The translations under genes were made by a program, and so were the position numbers. Under the pieces are notes generated by a model. That model was not told the origin of the DNA. It saw only the letters and a list, made by a program, of their open reading frames with translations, and did no database searches. Shown in pieces: positions 62,801 to 64,000 of a stretch of DNA of 64,000 nucleotides (position 1 is the stretch's first letter; every line of letters starts with the position of its first letter). Source of the stretch: Candidatus Dojkabacteria bacterium (GTDB lineage Bacteria > Patescibacteriota > Dojkabacteria > SC72 > JAHDCA01); the NCBI GenBank assembly GCA_030583845.1, contig CP129478.1:215175-279174 (forward strand), given 5' to 3'.

Positions 62801-63667
62801 AGCAACTTGCTCGTTTTGCGAGAGATAGATCTTCCCTTCAACTACATCTACTTCCTGTTCAGAATACGACGCATCATTATAGGTCAATATTATCTGCCTC
62901 TCCCGATCGGCAAAGACACTATCAAGTCTCGAGTTAAGGATTGTGACACCGCCAGCTATGTAGATCAGCACCTGCATCAGCACAAAGAACGCAGAGATGA
63001 AGAATGTTGCGAATGTGGGGTAATACCTTACTCGATACTTCCTTAAGTCTTCTCGGTTCTGTACTTCGTTTTCATCTTTCCAGCGCCCGAGGAACAGGTT
63101 AATCAGCAGCAGCCATGAGCTAAGCTGCACCTGAGATGCAAGCCACGCTACTGCATATCCAAATTTTTCAAATCGGTTCTTTGAAGAATCTCTTTTCTTG
63201 ATGTATTGGTCAGCTTTATCGGTGCTGCTCAATGTCTTGTGTGCAGCATTAAGCAGGATGCGGTCAATCTTCGTCTTAGATAAGTTTTCTTTATTTACCC
63301 CTGTGGCTCCAACGAGCGTTTTCTCTATGAAGTCTTTGTCAGATTTGTTGAGGTTGAGAAAGCCCTCAGAAAGCTGATCTTTACCCTCAATAAGGAGGAC
63401 TTTAAGCTTCTGGCCATGGTATCGCGGGTTGCTAACTATAAACTGCGCAAGCTCGGTACCGCTATACTTAGGAAGTGTGGTGTCTAGGATGATAATGTCA
63501 GGGAGAACAACCATCAGGTAGCCTAATCCTTCCAAACCGTTATCCGATGTGAAAATTTTTACATTTCGGTGTGCAAAGTGCTTTAGAAGCAACCCAAGCA
63601 CTTGGCGTACAACGAAATCGTCGTCGATTATGACTATTTTCAACTGATGATCTGTATCCTTGTTCAT
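50891..63667 (-). CDS. Giant 4258-aa protein: N-terminal response-regulator receiver (REC) domain, hydrophobic segments, repeated CSLREA-type / parallel-beta-helix modules, cadherin/VCBS-like repeats, C-terminal TM segments and two CarboxypepD_reg-like domains
   Basis: One uninterrupted ORF. REC: KIVIIDDDFVVRQVLGLLLK...PDIIILDTTLPKYSGTELAQFIV. Repeated D-P-E-C-T-L-R-A-A-I-E-E-x-N motifs, at least 4 copies. NxIxGN beta-helix repeats. VDDE.../VLSNDxDxDG cadherin-like repeats x3. Confidence 0.85.
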   Translation of the reverse strand: MNKDTDHQLKIVIIDDDFVVRQVLGLLLKHFAHRNVKIFTSDNGLEGLGYLMVVLPDIIILDTTLPKYSGTELAQFIVSNPRYHGQKLKVLLIEGKDQLSEGFLNLNKSDKDFIEKTLVGATGVNKENLSKTKIDRILLNAAHKTLSSTDKADQYIKKRDSSKNRFEKFGYAVAWLASQVQLSSWLLLINLFLGRWKDENEVQNREDLRKYRVRYYPTFATFFISAFFVLMQVLIYIAGGVTILNSRLDSVFADRERQIILTYNDASYSEQEVDVVEGKIYLSQNEQVAAAQDLMNSPYRGHMEYVLGASTDDSETAPEVDDESVETPIEDIAETGDVPVVDEGDAADDENVEVVVQEPADPAALYSDQPAEILFVTKVEYSELVSFYERSSHNNDATSTGDISQFDDARTWGVYYQLSPNGTDWYYHDGTEWVLTPAGFLTSNTVQEVNGSLAAFSESYDAVYVKAFMKSDGEKEIYFESLAINYEVGVITLGVEEEPIAEDPPVEQPMEVAELLENIEVRVMSAAWVGGNKVITGNVFLPEGISLTEQDVEDATVEINYTEDQDIKTPATNIGALIGQSPLVSYTNPETGESSYSFELVTPAEPGGYVTARLVINKPDEQKRYITNYSTPLENSTFTVDVSFEEDDFIPGDGFCDTHPNTHINDCTLRAAIQETNALAGSDNIHFTVLGVSPIVLTDDLPKITDSVVIDGTTVFEANCGDMLGGSPRDLKVAVDGDGRFTTFSISAPNTTIKGLAIYNSGADGILVDNVNNATITCNNIGTNLTGTTAIPNSGDGLEIQNSSSSTGHISDNVLSGNDGNGINIVDNADYDIRGNVIGLGENAETVIPNGENGILLTREVAGYGYARIGEAGQNMISGNTGNGIEIVGGYYMSWPGQRLSNNIIGEDINAAPAGNGGHGLVLAYDSTGTYYPYVYAQYNNIRWNGGDGVRLESTDSRIMSNTISNNEGNGVFIGHPTDNTSLNIVGSNYIQENGEDGIAVVAYDPDIYPENSQTNMLEENVLANNEGEGIDLYAVIDSEEVNRGATPNDSLDTDEEGGNHMLNTPEILSYEDGEITVSLDVPYDSVGYYDGTYTINIYSNNSIDSNGRSEGESLACTEISLSHLGVGPQQYTFPCDLYSNYITATTTFVPDAGSGMYGETSEFSDVFLPSFLVNSTNDAGDDDAGDGVCFTGATNSDSDPECTLRAAIEESNAFYGGDFINFSIPTSDSGYSNNGTPGDGTDDTWTILPGSALPSIVEILVINGLPAGIIDNSCNSYNLPIILDGSGFGGSGTGFEIEGEYVEIYGIHITEMQSHGISIHNGGYYSKIKCNIIEDSGSGGLASGGIFSDSSGGNIYQKNIIRNNDGSGIHINHSDGEIIGTDPDALATPLGNTIYGNTLAGISTASGRTEPLSVIDNEVYNHSSGPGITIGNADSCYVFRNTSRDNQRGLVVNGSGPDPYTECVLSQNLLYSNSVLNLDLNNDGISANDSEDTDVGPNYLQNYPLLSGYTYDSVSQEVTVSGTLNSAPTSSYRLEFFVDDSITGWVGAGRYIGSTVVTTNSSGDTSFTTPGVTLTGVTLAVGERYLTSTATLCDSPNCTGSLYTSELSPAVSDAGNLIVNSTGDAIDTDPGDGHCNTGNQNSEDQPECTLRAAIEESNLLKGSDSIAFELPTSDSGYSLNGTPGDTSDDYWSIAPSTPLPAILDPTSLDASTQSGTSCVDSNLKVEVDFTNLQIGDYGLTVAATDTSIRGFVLNRSRAAKVRLEIGSDNSVIQCNIIGLDPNGDTAFISPNGIGIQYDTGGDPTVLSGLIVGGDTAEERNIISGNSQGIFLYNAVDSLIQGNYIGTDKSGTLNRSNDTMGVVLSGIGTTGNNLVGGANVVGYEDDCIGECNVIIGGGGIAVQIYQDGNEVVGNFIGTDVTGDLELNSNLSNITASAIDSLLIDNNLIRSAFTNGNSLSNVIVSNNHFIRPATSGNSINLYPPSTGTVDDVLIQSNIIEYSTTSGSGRGIRIPQDATDVTVSQNIIRSIPTDETIEWLAVSPVVSPTLYYHNQDGAQLDIWGEVLGAAANTTHRIEFFGSEEGEAYEAWQYLGSSNVTTNSSGNYNFSGVSPISITATLDPQYEIVTATLTVCGDPSCSSRLSTSEFGTPTEDGQVISGNIYEDQNGDGDITGGYDISGVEVSLYLDDGNGLPDVADSLITSAVTDNNGYYEMVSPYYPPPNEEIGWLVVDSSTVTSLANLEGISLGDQTYGGVGAWCQDDNGDPIVLESAGECFGGISADSADGFGLGLESAEHIIQISLSDGEVSGADFGFSFVVITNSNETGQGSLDQFIINSNNLEDFQTTIFSIPRSDTGCLSYQDNSDDGTVTVGTRVHCLDPQADPDIEWWSIQRPDGASAITDVVHMDGTTQAGASCNPLRPVIELLSPADDAPYALLDSSLVRGFVFDYASPTTISISEANDVQIKCNIFGVDPSGQQGGGVASAATVIDASETDNVQIGGVSLSDRNLINANGGTAISISDSTIPQIRNNYIGVDINGENSLGGGTFTGISMTSVNGASVTNNVIGGGSLNEAVYLEATQNVTVRSNLIGVVPGVDAVNSVPTADGIVSLFSTNLQIGGTSAGQGNIIGGIDKAVNMQATSAQILGNFIGTDSTETYDLGNVVGVALYTEIGADYDVGSQIAPNIIQNNDTGIFLGVGTGSDIYDDTYVELENNEIRDSVVGINASIYSPGVTEMLIFDNTISDTVADGIKVDESYSPSSGNIEIAGNTLTDIGENGINLVELQSSYVTLEANSISETGLAGILINNSSLIGDLGSSITGAGTDGVQILGSTSRFVALGTMITDSGDLGIDIGNDGVTLNDSEDIDSGPNEVQNFPILSLAARFEDTYIIEGVLDSEPNTDYRVVLYFNDQTDPSGHGEGEIYLDYFYLTTDESGHASFNNSSVMPGLPQGQFYVSATATKCSGLPCGEGQDVIATSEFSPTIVLASSDSAGLIEVNSTGSLSDSLLGDGICYTGQLNSDSEPECTLEAAVAETNALAGEDVVLFDIPNNDPGCLSFVNNGISGTYNNLATEVNCLAGNADPDIRWWRINPTINHYYLDSPVYGISYDLPEVKDDLVLNATTQSGYRAGTAVYPAVPNGQPVVQITCEKTYCIYASDSNQISIQGLALSPNASIPPNVIVGGYVGQVQSSFIGTDISGLETSEVDFGIDAVSPSGCSPNFYVGGVTPQVRNVIAGYRESGIRVRACGSTSRIQGNLIGALINANPQPDQAVNGIYSVDANGIEIGGGTGAGNLIAGNIHGIRSVGTSNSSLIQGNEIYANNYGVYATNSNISILNNNIFSNTIKGIALESTSQNLSFSQNSIYLNGDIGIDLDNDGVTPNDYQDPDLGANERQNFPQIIAATRTLVTDQFTILAGLNSKPNSNYFVEFYVSDAIEANNNVEGRVYLGNTQVTTNSEGSSGINVTLPGQTLGESYVYVTAVATECSNPSCTQLSDSSEFSAHYELDYAGTLATIDIAQLQIEPTDSLTITLNEPDANLFPLAIDRAPITLRNEMTNEIENILLSETAINSGIFRTTFGTVLYTGSNSQSNNGVLAVSSGDTVRAFYLDTTSPVTSTQNVSDTALVLENLPPIAVDDEILMPVAGSGSVNVLSNDSDPEGALDPASLAIAVTPVNTAATVELLGGGVIRYNAVAGYVGYDYFDYTICDTDGNCSDATVQVGVGISLPGLTDDNAQTEEDNEVVINVLSNDLDTTGTSNAALNIDTMEIATEPSRGSAFIDPSSGEIEYVPEPNFNGTDRFQYSICDRISLGCSTASVFMTVLPLPDPPVANDDRYLLSTGNIVLNVLDNDWDPDGNLDRDSLVIIEAPSIGAVDIDSDRNIFTYSAVEGANYSTTLIYEICDTEGACDRATVTINYDRTAGRLTVAEILDNIANWVGRRPAPTARTSASIGAIVVPTALVTSLASVIGFNPITIYYLAMSTLSSFISIFTVKKRRVPFGVVYDSVTKEPVSRALVRAYDQNKRLITTAVTDVFGVFEVDLRDGVYSFIVQKNNHIFPSRTITGKVDDPLVNVYHGEPIEVKAGRSLDLSIPLDSGKVPVVSRFETKINSQLKNGFEVLLWSVFALGFVLSIGVLIASFSLFNLAIVLLYVPALLMILISRAAVPSALYSQIVDKNGNPLAGIDIGLKEVGKETYVARRVTDSLGRYRFITKDAKDYELDIITRTYRVVDGDTALSKGIYRKRTKQYNVIGKKLVIEKITV

Positions 63668-64000
63668 TGGGCAGGTTCAAATACAAGTTTCTCTTTTCAT
63701 ACTAGTATTTTTGCAATACGCTGGCAAGTTTTGGAGAAGATTAAGAGGAGATGAAAAGTGGCTAACCTGTGGAGAAAAATGAGGATTCCATCGAAAAGAG
63801 TTGATCATGCATTCTACAGGCTTGGATTATTGAGGCGCTTTTGAGATCAGTTGGATCTTGAGGGCGCCGCTTCGCGGCATTCACGAGTACCTGCCAATCG
63901 CTCCGCTCTTGGGGTACTTACGGAACAGGGATGGACGCTCGGTCGCTTTGCTCCCTCTCTAGATAGACGAGAAACAGATTGTGCTCGTCTATACGCACCC

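Noticed and set aside
50891-63667. Diversity-generating retroelement targeting the giant surface protein.
   Set aside because: There is no reverse transcriptase ORF anywhere in the window, and no obvious TR/VR near-repeat pair was seen.
63840-64000. 5S rRNA-like or other rRNA at the 3' end of the window (GC-rich, agagttgatcatg resembling the 16S 5' end).
   Set aside because: Similarity to the 16S start breaks down after 12 nt. A hand fold as 5S shows only weak matches to loop C/E consensus and the wrong length.

Overview
This 64-kb window has intermediate GC content and is densely coding in the standard genetic code. Most genes are on the minus strand. The content looks like a small-genome, Gram-positive-like bacterium, possibly of the CPR/Patescibacteria type, but that is inference from gene content only.

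Recognisable genes:
- A partial type-IV-secretion/conjugation-type P-loop ATPase runs off the 5' edge of the window.
- Housekeeping: LCP (LytR-CpsA-Psr) envelope protein, RluD-like pseudouridine synthase, tRNA-Leu(CAA), dnaB, rpmE, prfA-prmC, an rpsF-ssb-rpsR operon, ychF, a CCA-adding enzyme, a family-II inorganic pyrophosphatase, and class Ia ribonucleotide reductase (nrdA/nrdB).
- Cell wall: a membrane-anchored Mur-ligase-family protein followed by two tandem FemAB-family transferases, plus a sortase.
- Envelope proteases: HtrA and CtpA.
- An archaeal-type AMP phosphorylase adjacent to an eIF-2B-like ribose-1,5-bisphosphate isomerase.
- A beta-CASP ribonuclease, a RecD/Dda-like helicase embedded among hypothetical genes, and a serpin.

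The most unusual feature is the 12.8-kb ORF next to the serpin. It encodes a 4258-aa protein whose N-terminus is a CheY-like receiver domain. Hydrophobic segments follow, then repeated CSLREA-type / parallel-beta-helix modules, cadherin/VCBS-like repeats, and a C-terminal region with further hydrophobic segments and carboxypeptidase-regulatory-like domains.

A second striking signal is a family of intergenic palindromic repeats with core GCCGCTAACYTATAG. I count 14 half-sites. They occur as tight hairpin pairs (4-11 bp loops), as inverted pairs roughly 145-230 bp apart, and as two 60-bp inverted repeats bracketing a transglutaminase-like gene. Several copies directly abut or overlap start or stop codons.

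I found no CRISPR array, integrase, transposase or reverse transcriptase.
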